NCBI GenBank assembly: GCA_965112735.1
Contig: OZ218963.1
Coordinates: 3,162,001-3,226,000 of the forward strand
DNA length: 64,000 bases
Direction of reading: 5' to 3'
Origin: Phaeosaccion multiseriatum
Taxonomy: Eukaryota > Protista > Ochrophyta, other classes
Shown here: positions 11,278-24,415 of the stretch, in pieces
Position numbering within the stretch: position 1 is the stretch's first letter
Layout of the letters: the number at the start of each line of letters is the position of its first letter
Made by a program: the position numbers and the translations under genes
The notes under the pieces: generated by a model
Database searches by the model: none
What the model was told of the DNA's origin: nothing
The model's input: only the letters and a program-made list of their open reading frames with translations

Positions 11278-13998
11278 TCATGACACTTCCACTGCGGCTG
11301 CTCCAGCCCTCGCAGCTGCCCTCTTGGCCAGTCTCCTCGCCTTAGCCGTAGCCACCATCCCGCCCTCACCCTTCACACAAGCTCCTAGCAATTCTTGAGT
11401 GGGTCTGCTGAGTGGGTTCTTGCTGTTCGGAGCCAGCTCTGGACCTCCGTCGGAGCTATTATTTCCAAGTGCCGCTGCGGCTGCTCTCTTCGCCATCCGC
11501 CGCTCTTTGGCATTCATTTGGGACGGTGGCGGCGGCGGTTGCCGCTTCCCCCCATTCTGACTTTCTTGTTCCAGCGGCACGGAGCTCTCTTCTCGTGGTC
11601 GTTTCTTTTCAGACGCCGCATCCCTTGTCGGTGCCTCTCCTACCCCCCCTCCAGCACCGCCCTCCCCCGTCCGTCCATCCACTGCGGCTGCAGCTGCTGC
11701 CGCGCGCATGGCTTTCCTCCTCTCCTTCGCATTCATGACAGCCTTTCCCTTCTCCTCCTCCGGCGGCGGTCTGCTCTCTACCCCTGTATCTCCCTCCGCG
11801 GAGAACGCCGCAGCCCGCTTGGCTTTGCGTCTCTCCTTCGCGTTGAGGGTTTCGACTTGTACAGGTTCAGCTGCACCACCGACACGTCCCTTCCCCTTTC
11901 CTGCCTCCTTCGCCTTCGATCCGATGTCGCTTGTGAAAGCCAGCACGTCTTCGTTGAAGCCCAGCTTGTGTACCGTGTGAACGAAATACGCTGACCTGAG
12001 AGCAGGGAGCGGGGGCGGGGCCAAGGGAGAGGGAATGGGGCGGGGGCAGAGAAGGGGAGATGAGACGGGAAACACCACCAACATGAGTGTGGTGACTTCG
12101 GAACACTCTCCCCCGTTGATCCCCTGTCCGTCGCTGAATGTGTAAAAAAAAGGTGTCCTCTACGATACCTCCGCTCCCTCAGAGCCTTACATGCTCAAGA
12201 CCAAAAGGCTGCACAGCACCATTCACTCCCTCAGAGCATCAAGACCAACAGTCTGCACTGCATCACTCACTCCCCACAATGATATGTACTGTAGCGCGAT
12301 GATTGGGCAACAAAGGCTTGGGCCCTTGCGAGACGTGAGCGCTTCATTTGCACGCAGAATCATCAACCCCTTTGGTCAAGCATTTCAATCGAACCTACTA
12401 GTGCGCCAATTACGCCCCCTCCCTTACCTGTTCCTCAGAGTAGCCTTGTCTTCCTTGGTGCAGTATTCCTCCAGAGCCTTCTCGATCACTTTACCCTCAA
12501 ACCTGGCGAGAATCCGAAAGCAGTCCTACGTAGGGCAGGTCAGAGAAGAACGAAGGAGAGAGGGCAAAGGGGATCTTAAATGGGCCCCCGCCAAGGATTA
12601 AGTATCTCAAAGCCTAGAACCTACAACCTGGGCGGCTGAGGCCGGAACCAGGAAGCTCCTCAGAACCTTGTTTGTCGGGGGGCCATTAAACAGTCGCCAC
12701 CATTTTAGAGGTCTGAGAAGCAGCGCTTCGCTTCTACTCGATACGTGGAAGTGCTTCGCTCCTGCATCATTACGTGTGATGTGTGTGGCTTACCTCATCA
12801 AGCTCACCCTCCACCAATTTCCCTTTCCCAACCCACTCCTTTACGATTCGATCCACGGTGCCCTTCACGACGCTGCAGCATGCACGACAACGGGAGGGGA
12901 GGAACATTGGTGGGGGCAGAACAGAGAGGAGTGAGAAGGACACGGAAACATGGCAGATAGAAGAGAGGCGACGAGCGCGTCCTAAAAAGAGAGGGGTGGT
13001 GGTGCATGTACAAGGGTGCGTACCCGACTTGTTCTTCTCGAAAGTCCTTGACCTTCTTGGTCTTCTTGCTCGCCCCTCCTCCTGCGCTGAGCTCTACGTT
13101 CAAAAGCCGACCTGCCAAGCATGGTGAATGAGGAGGAGAGACTGTGAGACAGCGAGAAAGTGTGTCTCTCAGCCCATGCTGCCAAAGACGCCCCCCCCCA
13201 AACGACGCCTACCGGAGGGCCAGAACCATGGCATCGCCCTCCACTTTCCCAAACACAGAGGCGCTGCTGCTGCTCAGAGCGGCGTCATTGGTACTCCCCT
13301 CAAGCAATACATCGTCATATGGTTGAACTCTTGTCTTCGCTCAGTGTCCCTTCACTCACCGTGCAGCCGGGTGTGGTGCAGGGCCAGGCACTTGAACATC
13401 TGCTCTGCATCACACACCTCGACAAAGGCCATGCCCTTGCTACGAGGAGGATTTCCGCCCGCGGCAGGATGGGTCAGCAAGCGCACTGCGACATCCCCTT
13501 GGATACCTCCTCTCCCTGGCGTGGCGCGCGGTGTCGAAGTGAACCGGACGGCACGGAGGGAGCAAGAAATAAAGAGAGGAAGAGGTGAGAAAGAAGAAGA
13601 AGGTGGGGCCTAGAGAGAACTAGTGTTACGATAGGGAGAGGAGAAGAGAATGACGGGGCGAGGGAGAGAAAGAACGAGAGGCAGAGGAAGAGAGAGTCAG
13701 AGAGGTAGAGAGACAGAGAGAAGAGAGGGAGGGAAAGGGGCGACGGACGGAGAGAGAGAGAGAGAGAGAGAGGCGTACCCAAGAAGAGCTCCTTGATGTC
13801 ATTCGCTGTGGTCTTGGAGGACAGCTGCCCCACGAAGACCACGTGAGGGTGGCTCTTGGCCTTCTTCGGGTTCGTCCGCTTCTTGTGGAGCTGCTCCTGC
13901 CGCTGCTTATCCATTTTGTGGGCCGTGTGTCCCCGCCGCGATTTTGGGGGGTGTGCTTGGGACCCCTTCCGCAAACCCACTTTCACCACTTTCTTCAC
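11278..13998 (-). CDS. Single-RRM basic protein (Nop6/RBM34-like, probably nucleolar) with C-terminal NAKERR repeats
   Basis: Six exons read by eye: ...HVVFVGQLSSKTTANDIKELFL / GRGGIQGDVAVRLLTH...SKGMAFVEV (RNP1)...LHHTRLH / GRLLNVELSAGGG / VVKGTVDRIVKEW / DCFRILARFEGK / SAYFVHTVHKLG...stop 11278. Confidence 0.8.
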
Positions 13999-14025
13999 AT
14001 TTGCCTACTGTGATTGTGTTGCTCT

Positions 14026-14062
14026 TCTACTGCTACTACTGCTACTACTACTACTACTACTA
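14026..14062. repeat. (CTA/CTG)n microsatellite in a divergent promoter
   Basis: ctactgctactactgctactactactactactac visible. Confidence 0.85.
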
Positions 14063-14249
14063 TACTGCCTCTACTGCACTACCTGATGCACCTTCACTCG
14101 TAAGATCTACTTCTGCTGGTAGTTACTTAGTCACGCAAGGCAGGTCCCACGTTTTTTCGCCCTCCTGCCGCACCTCTTTCTCGGGGGTCCATTCTATTCG
14201 TATCTCCTCTTGCGGCTGAGGTGCCCCCTGCGGGGCCGCGAGGGAGACC

Positions 14250-17200
14250 ATGGCAAGGGCTAGCGGGATGCCTGGGATAGCGAGCCACACACCGCCGCAA
14301 TTCACGCCTGGAAGTTACGAAATGTCTCATATGAAGCGGGCAAGGGCAGGATCGGTATCCGGGCGATTGCGGAGCGCGTCCGATCTGGAGGACATTGGCC
14401 TCATAGACAAGAGCCAGAAGGGCGTGATGAAGGTGAGAGTAGGGCTCAAGTGTACCCAGGAGTACTTGGACCTTTGCTCGACGCAGCTTATGGTTTTCTT
14501 CAGAGAGTTGAAGGCTTTCCAGCTTTTCCTCCCCTTGGAAGTCCCCTTGGAAGTGGGGATTAACTCTTGTGTGTCTGTCCTCTTGTAGACTCTTTCTCTC
14601 TTACACAGCGTATCGTCTCATGCATGCGTAGATCTCAATCCCCCTGTATTCCACATGCCCCTCATCCCGGACCTTCTTGTCTTCCGTCGCCGTCCTTAGT
14701 ACTCAGCGCCCTCCTTTTTTCCCGTGCCCCCACGCTTCGGGCTCAATCAACACCACACAGGACTTGATCATCAGCGGAGACGCCGAGCTTCAGCTTGCAC
14801 TAGACAAATACGAGAAGGGAGACCCGTCAGAACTCGAAAGTACGTGTCGAGGAGGGCTGGGACGCGGGGAGGAGGAATAAGGCACCGCTTCTATTGGTGC
14901 AAGTCTGTGCGAAACGGCCCCCTCACCGTCGTGCCTATGCCGTTTTCTTGCCCTCTCTTTCGCAGTTCTCCTCCAGAAGGGCCTGCTTGATCGTAAAGAC
15001 TCGTCCCTAGATCTTCTGCTCGACCTCAACTTGGGCCTCCTGACGATGGATGCCTTGTCTTCCAGCGTGGAGATTGGCAGCGCAGATTTCGGGGCGACGT
15101 CAACGCTACTTCTGACCGTCAAGGACGAAGAACTGTCACAGGTGCGGCAACGACTCGTTTTGTCAACAGCTTGAGCAGCGGGATGGTCTCGTACTTCGAC
15201 CGTATATAGTTTGTAGGAAGGCGAACGGAGTCTCGTGGGGGCGTGGGTTGTTGTCCTCTGCACCTCGTCCCTAGCTCCTCCGCTTCCCGTCAAGTACTCG
15301 TTGCACTGCAATGCCCCCCCCCCCCTGACGGTTCTCGTCGTTCTCTCCTCGTTGTGTGGCGGCATCCTTTCGCTTGGCGGTGAAGGGTTCGAGTAATGGT
15401 GGAGACGACGACGACGAGGACGACGAAGACTACACCGGCGATCTTGATGACATGCCGTTTAGATGCGACGACGACTACTTTGCCATGAACAGAGGGTATG
15501 AAAGGTGAGGTCGACTGCCTCTCTCTGCCTCTGTCTCTCTTTCTCTTTCAAGCACGCGAATCTCCCATCACTAGGCTGGCTATATGCTTGAGCGAATACC
15601 TGCGTTGCACGCCATTTATGTCCCAAGGGCATTTGCAAAACCAAGTCTTGTGGTTGTGCAAGGCTCTTGTTAACTCTTCCCCAGCTATGCAGTCCGGCGA
15701 GATGCTGTCTCTCTTGTCTCCCTCACCACTCTCTCAGCCTTGGCCTCGGTAGCAGCAGAATGACACATCCACCCCCTCTGTAACGCTCGTAACCGCTAAC
15801 CCCTAACACTGCTCTTTTCAAAAATACATCGCCTACCGTGTGCCATGTTGGTATGTTTGGAACAGCCGAATGGCAATGGGAAAGCTCGATGAGGAGGACG
15901 AGTCTCCCACCACAGTCCTGCAGGAGGAAGAGGGGGGGGCAGCAGGGGAGAGGCGGCAGGGGGGGAAAGGGCCAAAGGGCCACACTGGAGGGAAATCAGG
16001 CGCCATCGGGCCGCTGCCTATAAAAGTCAAGTCAGAACTGCTCGATCGGAAGGTGGGTTGAGATGAGAGAGAGAGGGGAGGCTAGAGGACAGGGAGACGA
16101 GAGAGAGATTTGAGGGCAGGAAGCCTTGGGGCGGGAGAAGGGGAGAGCAACGGGAAAAAGTTTGGGAAGGAGGGCGGGGGTGGGTGGAGGTGGGCAGGGG
16201 AGGGAGAAAGAGAGAGGACAAGAACTATCGGGAATAGAGAATGTGTGTCCGGCAGGAGGAGAGGGTGCAGGAGGGCCGATGCGCACCGTATGCCTTCACT
16301 GCAGTGACGTCGACTCAAGTCATGCACCTTTCCCTGCTATGCTCTTGTCCTCCCCCCCCCCCCTGTTCGGAGCAGCCAGACGCCGGGATGGAAGTCTTCA
16401 GTCCACAGTTTCAATTTCCTTTCACCAACGATGTAAATCTGGACCTGGGGGCTGGTCTGAAGGAGGAGCTCAGGGATTTGGAGGTGCTGGCAGACCCGTC
16501 GGTGAGTCCTGAGTCCTTTATCCTGCCAGTACCAGCACAACCCAGCCTTCACTGCTTGAATGCATCAATCTGCCTGTAGCAGGAGTACCCCACCGAGCCC
16601 CACCCCCTTCCTCAAAGGCTCTTTCTGACCTGCAATGTATTCTGTTCTCCATATCCCCATAAGGCACAAACGCCACGAGAGAGTGCTGTGCAGTCCTCTC
16701 TTGCTGTTTTTCATTATTCCTGGCCTCCTTTCTTCCTTCTGCGCATCCTTCAGGCCCCAAAGCAAGCATTCCCTCCGCGCGAAGCTTCCTCTGGCACCGC
16801 TTCATCGCAACCCACCTTGTCCTCCAATGCCGCTGCCGCTGCCCGACTGGCAGGCATCAGCCCTGCCGCTCCTTCACGAGTGGCTGTGCCTAACCCTGCA
16901 ACGTAAGTGCCCATGCCAAAGCCAAATCCAACTGGCGAAGAGAGGGGCTTGGGGGAGGGAAGGCTTTTCCTGGACTCGGACGAATACCATCGCGGGAGGC
17001 TTTTGTGACATTTGTGTTGCAGTATCGAAAGTTACGTCTTGTTTTTAATCCTCTTTCGCTCCCCTTCACCCCCCTCCCCCCCCGACTCTTTATCTTGGCC
17101 CTCCCCACACCACTTACGTAACTTGGCCCCGATCGTCACCAGGGATTTGCATGCGCAAAGAAATCTCTCTCTCCCCGTTCCCGTGGCCACCGCCGAGGCC

Positions 17201-17578
17201 CTGGCCCTCATAGGGGGCGGAGGACGGAAAGGGGGGTTGGTGGGGGCGTACTCACCAAACGCCAGGAAAAAGAGAATACAAAGGTTTATGGAGAAGCGAG
17301 AGCAAAGGTGAGTCAGCAGAATCCCTCTTTTTCCTTCTCTTTTTTGTGTCTCCTCCACCGTGAAATTCATTCAGCCTCGTTTCTCAATCTGCTCTGCTTC
17401 TAACACTCTTGTCCTGCGCTGCTGCTGCTCCTCCTCCTTGGCTATACGCAGAGTGTGGACCAAGACCGTTAAGTACGACGTTCGGAAGAACTTTGCGGAC
17501 ACTCGGATGCGCGTAAAAGGACGCTTCGTAAGAAAAGAGGACGAGGCGCTGCTGAGAGAGCTCATGGCCCTGGCGTAG
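14250..17578 (+). CDS. CCT (CONSTANS/CO-like/TOC1) motif protein
   Basis: C-terminal GAYSPNARKKRIQRFMEKREQR/VWTKTVKYDVRKNFADTRMRVKGRFVRKEDE is a CCT motif; the N-terminal exons SGRLRSASDLEDIGLIDKSQKGVMK/DLIISGDAELQLALDKYEKGD join in frame. Middle exons are less certain. Confidence 0.88.
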
Positions 17579-18254
17579 TAGCATGGTAGCATAGTAAAGT
17601 GTAATGCGGGACAGGGGGGGAGTCACTCGTGCGACGAAGGGACGTACGAACATGCCATAATAGTACATGCCCATGTAAGGAGGGGGGCTGAACGGCAGGG
17701 TATGGGGGGTTGGATGGGCCTGATACTTGTGCTAGACGACAGGAAGGAAAGAGAAGAGGTGGTGGTGAAATCAGAAGGATGTGAGAAAACGCCATTCGCC
17801 GTTGTCGAGTTGGTACCAGAGGGGTGCGAAAAGCACTGAGCGTAGGAAGCCCCGCAGAGATTAATTGTCACCCCGCGCCCAGCCTGGCTGGTGACTCACC
17901 TATTCCAACAGATTTTCTATTTAGTTAGTGACCTTGATGAAGAAAAAAGGGAAGGGAGATTAAGCAACGGGGGGGGGGTGGCTTCTCAACCGTTTGCCCC
18001 TATGGTACCAACCGTGGCACTCCCACCACTACGGCCCGAGCCCTTGAGCTTCCGTCAATCATCAATCAACACTCCACCAATGCACAAAAACGATACCTTT
18101 CTCCCGCGTCCTGCCACACCCGTTAGCGTGGAGGAAGAGGCCAAGCCATGCTCTCTTCCCGTCCATGTCCACAGTCGGGGGGTTGGGTTGGGTAAGGTAA
18201 GGGAAGATGAGGTGGGGTGAGGGGGGGTGGCGTGTGGCGCATCACGGGTCAATG

Positions 18255-19205
18255 CTATGAGTCGTCGTCATCGCGAGCGGGGGGCGGACCGCAGGGCTGT
18301 AGCATCTTCTCCATAAGCTCGTACTTGACCCTACCCACGGCCTTGTTCTCTGCCACGGCAAAGTAACTGGAAAGGAGGACGGGCACGTCGTGGGATGGGG
18401 CGCGATCATCAGAGAGGGTGGCACACATCCCGTCAGGATCTTCGATTTACGGAAATGGAACGAACCATACCAACAGACAAACACAAAAACAAAAAACTTG
18501 CAGCAGTGGGAGCAGCATTTGAAGTGTTGTCCCCACGTCCCTCTCATTTACACGGGATCTTGCACATCACTTGCGCGCTCCGCTCACCTGAGCATGTCAC
18601 TGTGGCCGATGTGACTAGCTACGGAGTCACGGTGCTGATTCGTCGCCCACTGCGTGTGTGACAAAGAGACCAATGGACGATGGGAGGGGGGAGTTATATT
18701 GCCATCCTCCTGCCGATACTAACTTTCGACTGCCAAACGAACACACTGGGCCGGTCTAAAGCGGCAACGAGGCTCAACACAGAGGAGCAAGCATGTGACC
18801 CGCAGCATACAGTAAGTACAGGTCTGCGCGGCTCTTGCCGGCCTCCCCGCCCACACTGTTGCAGCACGGCTGCTGCTATGCAGCTGTGGGTCCCATGGAC
18901 ATACCACCATTCTAAGCGCGGCTTTGCGTCGATACGCCCCTCCTCCACCTCCGGCTGCGGGCCGCAGCTGTGGTGACTTGCGCTCTCAACACTGACCTCA
19001 AATTTGGTAATGTCGCTGTGTCCCGTTCCCACCCATTTGCTCTGTACATGATCCCAGCTTCGGTTGATGTTGAATCGATCTGCAGCCTGTCCAACCGGTC
19101 AAGAGCCAACGCCGAGGAGAAGGGGGTGAAGTAAGAGAAAGAGGGAGGGGGGGGGGGGGAGGGGGAGGACAAGAGGAGGAAATTGCTTTACCCAAGGCGT
19201 ACCAT
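18255..19205 (-). CDS. SF3B5: Splicing factor 3B subunit 5 (SF3b10)
   Basis: Missed by the ORF track. ATG-only first coding exon (19205-19203), then AADRFNINRSWDHVQSKWVGTGHSDITKFE / WATNQHRDSVASHIGHSDMLS / YFAVAENKAVGRVKYELMEKMLQPCGPPPARDDDDS*. Confidence 0.95.
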
Positions 19206-19416
19206 GCTTAGGCGGGCTGCGTCTCTTCAGCTGCTCTGCGCTACACAGCCGAAGAGCTCAACCAAACAGCCAGGAGCACAGCCAAAGAGCTCCACCTAGG
19301 AGAGGGATAGGAAAAGGGAGAATCGCCGGCGCCGGCTTCTCTCCCTGACATATTCAGAGAAAACCCCCCTGGGTTTGGCCTCTACGCAGAGGGGCGAAAC
19401 GCGAGAAACAGAGACA

Positions 19417-20261
19417 ATGAACTCCCTATTCGCAGCTTCGAGGCGGTCAACGCTTTCCAGCCTGAGGCGGGTCACATCAGGAGCGGTTCGACCGGCGGCG
19501 CCACCAGCAGCAGCGAGTCAACGGAACCTCAGTGCGGCTTCCGGAGGGGGGGCACTGAAATCTCTCTACTCAACAGTGTGGTCCAGCAACGCGGGCTACG
19601 TGTCGTATATTATCGCCGGGTGTCTGATTATGGAGGTGGTGTTCGGGAAGACCACTCAGACCCTCTGGGAACTGAACAACAACGGGGTGAGCAAACAAAA
19701 CTTTTATGCCGGGGGGAAGGGAGAAGACACACCAATTAACACCGCTGCTGCTGCCGCTGCAGCTTCAGATACTTATGATTTTGGGTTTTGGTCTTGCGCA
19801 TGAGATGCTATTTTCAATCCAGGACAATCGACTGACTGTGATGGCTTGCCACGCCCTCTCTCGTCCATCCCTTCAGCCTGTTGGGGTGGGCAGATAGATG
19901 GGTCGCTTCGCATGAAGCAGGCTTTACAGGCCATGCACCAGCTTTGCGTAGGCGGGGATGACTGTGGTGGTGCTGGTGCAGAGATCCCCCACCATTTGCA
20001 TCAACCTTTTGAGTCATTTGGTTTGGTTTAAGAAGGGAGGGGGAGGATTGTGGCGTGCACCTGGCGGGCTCAAAGCCGTGCTCCTCAAGCAGAGCACTAT
20101 GATGACCACTTAGCACTCTCTGACCACACCACGGTTTGATCGATCCCTTGCCGCCTCCCTCATCGCTGTTGCAGAAATTGTTCCATCAGATTGACTGGTC
20201 AAAGTACCGAGACGCGGAGGAAGAAGAGGAGGCCGAGGAGGAGGAAGAGGAAGAGGAGTAG
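19417..20261 (+). CDS. QCR9: Cytochrome bc1 complex subunit 9 (QCR9/UQCR10) with N-terminal extension
   Basis: Exons 19417-19686 and 20175-20261: ...LKSLYSTVWSSNAGYVSYIIAGCLIMEVVFGKTTQTLWELNNNG/KLFHQIDWSKYRDAEEEE*; a single TM helix and the W-x3-N-x-GKL signature. Confidence 0.85.
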
Positions 20262-21051
20262 TGCAGATGCCGACAGGAGAAGAAGGAGATACGGCGAGGG
20301 CAGAGGGCGAAGAATTTAACGCAGACAACGGAGAAGGGGCGAGACATGAACAAGCTTGTACGAAGGTTGACAGAGGAAAGGAGCGAAGAGTTCGGGGGGA
20401 GGTGAGAGAGCAAGAGAGCGCTTCGCCCACTGGTCATATCGGGGATGAGCCAGTAACTGATGAATGGCACTCTCTGTGCCGGAGTCAAAGTGCAGCGCCC
20501 TCGGATGAAAAGCCACTGTGGCGGGGAGGGGGGCTGCGGGTCCTGATGTTCATCGGCGGCACATTACTATCTCTGCATTGCATTGGTTAGCGCGGTGGTC
20601 AGACGCGCCAGGTTGTAAAATACATGTCCACCCAACATCCGTCCTTTTTCGGCGAGTGAAGAAAAGCAGACAGAGAGAGAGAGAAAAGCTGGAAGGAAAG
20701 GAAAGGAAGTTGGTTATGAGCCATGCACACCTTCAGTTCGCTAGTCCCGTACGCCCTACCAGCTTCATGTGACAGAGGGCATGCTGTATATTGGAATATT
20801 ACACAAGGAAGACGTCACAATATCGATATCTGTAAGATCGACTTTTAAAATCGTTGAGGCGTTGGTTCTTCAAATATGTTCAGCTTAATCAAGTAAAGTC
20901 CAGCTCAAGGAACCACCAATGTAAAAACGGCAGGCCCAAGGCCTTAGCATCTAAACAAGGCACATCGCTTCCACTAATAGGACTGCCTATGAGAGCAGCC
21001 GCAGTGTAGCAGAATCAACCCAGTTTCTGCCCCCCCCCCCTTGGTAAGAGG

Positions 21052-23397
21052 ATGGATTCCGTAGCAGTGGCAGCAGCTGCAAGGAGTGCTGCTGCAATCG
21101 CTGCAGAGGTGGCGGTAGCCATGGAGGACAGGAGCCAGAGGAGGAGCCGCCGCGGAGCCCAATCACCAGCGCGCAAAGGTAACAACGAACTGTCTCTTTA
21201 CTCTTGCTCGCAATAACTGTGTCTGAAGGATCTCCTGTTGTGCTCTCTCTCTCTCTCCCACCAGTAAAAGCTGGTGCTCCTTCGACGCCCGTCAAGCGCA
21301 GGAGTAGTGAGCAAGACGGAGGTGAGGGTCGATCTTGTGGTGCGCGAGAGGAGGCCACAGTCTTGGTGGTGGTGTACTGGCTGCGCCAACTCCACGGCTG
21401 CTTTGGGACCTCCCTTGTCGTGGCCGTCTTTACTTTGCTTTCATTTCAGTGTATTAACGGGGTGGCGGGTGGGCGGGGCGATGTACCGCGTGGCCCATGG
21501 CCATAGCAAAGAACCTCTGTAGCTATCCGAATCGCACTGTCCCTGTGGCCAGGAAAGCAAACGCCCCATCCCTTCCATCGATCGCTCCAAACGGTTTGTA
21601 TCCTTTGTTCGTCTGCAAGCAGGTGGTCGAACCATAAGTCCCACCAAAAAGAAGGTGCAAGGTACTCCTCCGAGTGCTAAGAGAGACGGAGAAGGTCGGC
21701 GAGGCATCTTTGGGAGAGACATAACTTTGTCTTCGCCCCAGAGTCCATTCAAGCCTCGCGCGGTTTGCTCCTCTGCAGTACAGAACGTGTACTCGCTGGT
21801 GCTCAAGGCCTCCGGGGCGGTGGGAGGGAACGGGTACTTTGGGGCCATTTATGGTGAATTGACCATGGGCAGCATGCAGAAAATGGTGGACCTGATGAAG
21901 GTAGGAGAGGATTGGCATTACACTTGTCTTGTCATTGTTGTCGCATTATCCTAACACATTTCCGTCGCTCCTTTCCTTCTCAGAAACTGTGCGCCTTCGA
22001 CAGCGACAGCACCTTCATCGATGTTGGGTCCGGGCTGGGAAGGCCGAACTTTCACGTCGCGCAGGACCCGGGGGTGAAGCTCAGCTTCGGCCTGGAGTTA
22101 GAGTCCATAAGATGGCAGGTACGTGTGCTCAATCTCGCTCTTGGGATGCAATGCACTCTCATCTTTATACTACTGCTACCACCACGCCATGTCTCTCGTA
22201 TCTCAGCTTCCCCTCCACCTCCACCCCCGTTCCTTACAACACGCCTTGATGACTCTCTCTCCCCGTCTCCTCAGCTGTCCATCGCGAACCTTCGTACTGT
22301 GATGCAAGTCGACGACCCCGAGCTCCGTCAAGGGAACGTCTTCTTTTCACTGGGGGATGTCACTAGTGCTTCTTCCTTCGACCCCTTCACACATGTGTAC
22401 ATGTTCGACATCGGCTTCCCCCCCGAAACTCTGCAAACCATGGTAAGATAGGATAACAAATAATTCCAAACCCAACGCATTCACTGACTGACATGGATGA
22501 CACTCTTTTTTTTCTTATGGTCCTTGCCTGTCCTCCTAGGCGGAGATGTTCAACCGCTCCAAGGCTTCTTACCTCATCAACTACCACAGTCCCCGCTACA
22601 CGATCCTTAGAGACGGTTACGCCGTAGAGCTTGTGCTCAAGGTGGAGTCCCTCAAGCTCACGGGATCGGGCGAGAGCCACACGGGCTACATTTACAAGAG
22701 AAAGGGCCTCAGCAGCAGTAATGCCAAGGTTTCGGCCATTCGAAGTACGTCAGGCGGGGGGGGGGGAGAGTGGAGGGCAAATGTGGCATGTCAAGCACCA
22801 GTGTTGTTGTATGGTTCTGGCTGGTGCACCGTGTTTTCGTGCTCGTGTGAGAGCCTTTCAGCTACGTGGGTGGGGGCACGTACGCATGCCTCCACGCTAT
22901 GCTGCTGTGACAGTGTGTGAACTTACCCTGTCTGTGTACCCTCAGTCTTTCTCTGTCTTGACCCCCAGCTCCTCCCCCTGCCTAACTGTACCCGACTGAC
23001 AATAACCGTTTGTTGTCCACAGATGTAGACCCGTTGTTCAAGGAGGGGGCGGACCTTTGCGCGGGGTCGACAAACGAGGTAAGTAGAGTAGAGGGACACA
23101 ACAGCCAAGGTTTCTTCTTTCCCTGTCACATCCTCTTTTCTTTCTATGTGTGTGTGTGTACGTACGTGTCTGGGAGCTACACTCACCGCTCACCGTGTTT
23201 TTTTTTTAATAGGGAAAAAAAGGAAAGGAACTGATTACCTGAGCTTCCCCCCCTTCCCTTCATGCTGTTCCACCTCACCCTTTCCTTCGGTGCAGTTACG
23301 ACGTTTCGTGGAAGACAAGCACACAACCTATACGGAGGGGGGCAGGAGTACGAGGAAGCGGGCTCGGGAAGAGGCTGCCGAACTCACACCGGAGTAA
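21052..23397 (+). CDS. DOT1: DOT1-family histone H3K79 methyltransferase
   Basis: About eight exons; motifs IYGELTMGSM, FIDVGSGLGRPNFHVA, SFGLELESIRW, FSLGDV, THVYMFDIGF. The start exon (MDSVAVAAA...) is inferred from in-frame GT-AG joins. Confidence 0.88.
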
Positions 23398-23399
23398 GT

Positions 23400-23459
23400 A
23401 GCCAGTCAAGCCAAGCCAGCCAAGCCGCCAGCCAAGCCAAGCCAAGCCAGTCAAGTCAG
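23400..23459. repeat. (AGCCA/AGTCA)n pentamer repeat just after the DOT1 stop
   Basis: agccagtcaagccaagccagccaagcc... visible. Confidence 0.8.
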
Positions 23460-23933
23460 TAGGTAGGTGCACATGGCGTTTGCCTTGTGATCCAGGCAAG
23501 GCAGGCTAAGGAGACCCAGGTGCAAGATGGTCACTGGTGGGCTCTGTGCGTAGAGGAAGCTGCCGACAGCGAGGAGGACAAGCTACCATCGTAGGTTTTT
23601 ATTTACGGCAAGGTCCAAAAAAGGGACGGGGCGGGACGCGGCTGGGTGGGGATGGGGATGTATGTGGATAGCGCCAATCCGGAGGGAAATTGTTCCACGG
23701 GGTGGGGGAGGTACAGTTTGACTCCTCCCCACCAGCTCTGCATGCACAGTCCCGTACAGTCAGTCATGCTTCCCCCGCAAGCACCAATGACTTACATAAA
23801 TCGACAGATGGAGAACGCGATTGGTTCTTCGAGATGAGAGCCGAATGTGGGTGGCGAAAACGCCACTCGGGCAGTAGCAGTAGGGCATAGCAGTAGACAT
23901 ATGATAATATACGTGTGTCGTCATCTCCGACCC

Positions 23934-24050
23934 TCTACATCAATTAACGTAAACGCAAGAGGTACTTCGGCACCTTCACCCCTTCTCTCTGCTCTACATC
24001 ATCAACATAAACGTAAAAAGATCTTCGGCGTCCTCACCCCTTCCCTCTGC
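23934..24050. repeat. Imperfect tandem duplication of about 59 bp
   Basis: tctacatca...aaacg...cttcggc...tcacccctt.ctctgc occurs twice in tandem (starts 23934 and 23993). Confidence 0.7.
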
Positions 24051-24415
24051 GTTGGTGTGCCCTATTGCACCCACGAAAAGCACATCGATGGCTCCTCGGC
24101 ATCGGCAAGAAGATTAATCGTCGCTCTCTTGTTGCTTCCTTCCGTCCTTCACAAAGAGCTGAGCAAGTGTCCTCAAGGAGCCTTGAGTGGGCGCACTCCA
24201 GCCGACATGGGTGGAAAACGCTGTACATACATGCGGGGGGGGGGCAGACGGATCTGGAAGACCCTCCCAGCCGGCCAGCCCCAATTAACCTCCGCTGACT
24301 GAATGACAGAGCAACTCCAGACCCCAGCACCATACAACTACATCCTCTCCCTCCAAATCTCTCTTCTATATAAACCGTGTTGTCTAGGTGGAGCAGTGAG
24401 TCAGTCTATGGTAGC

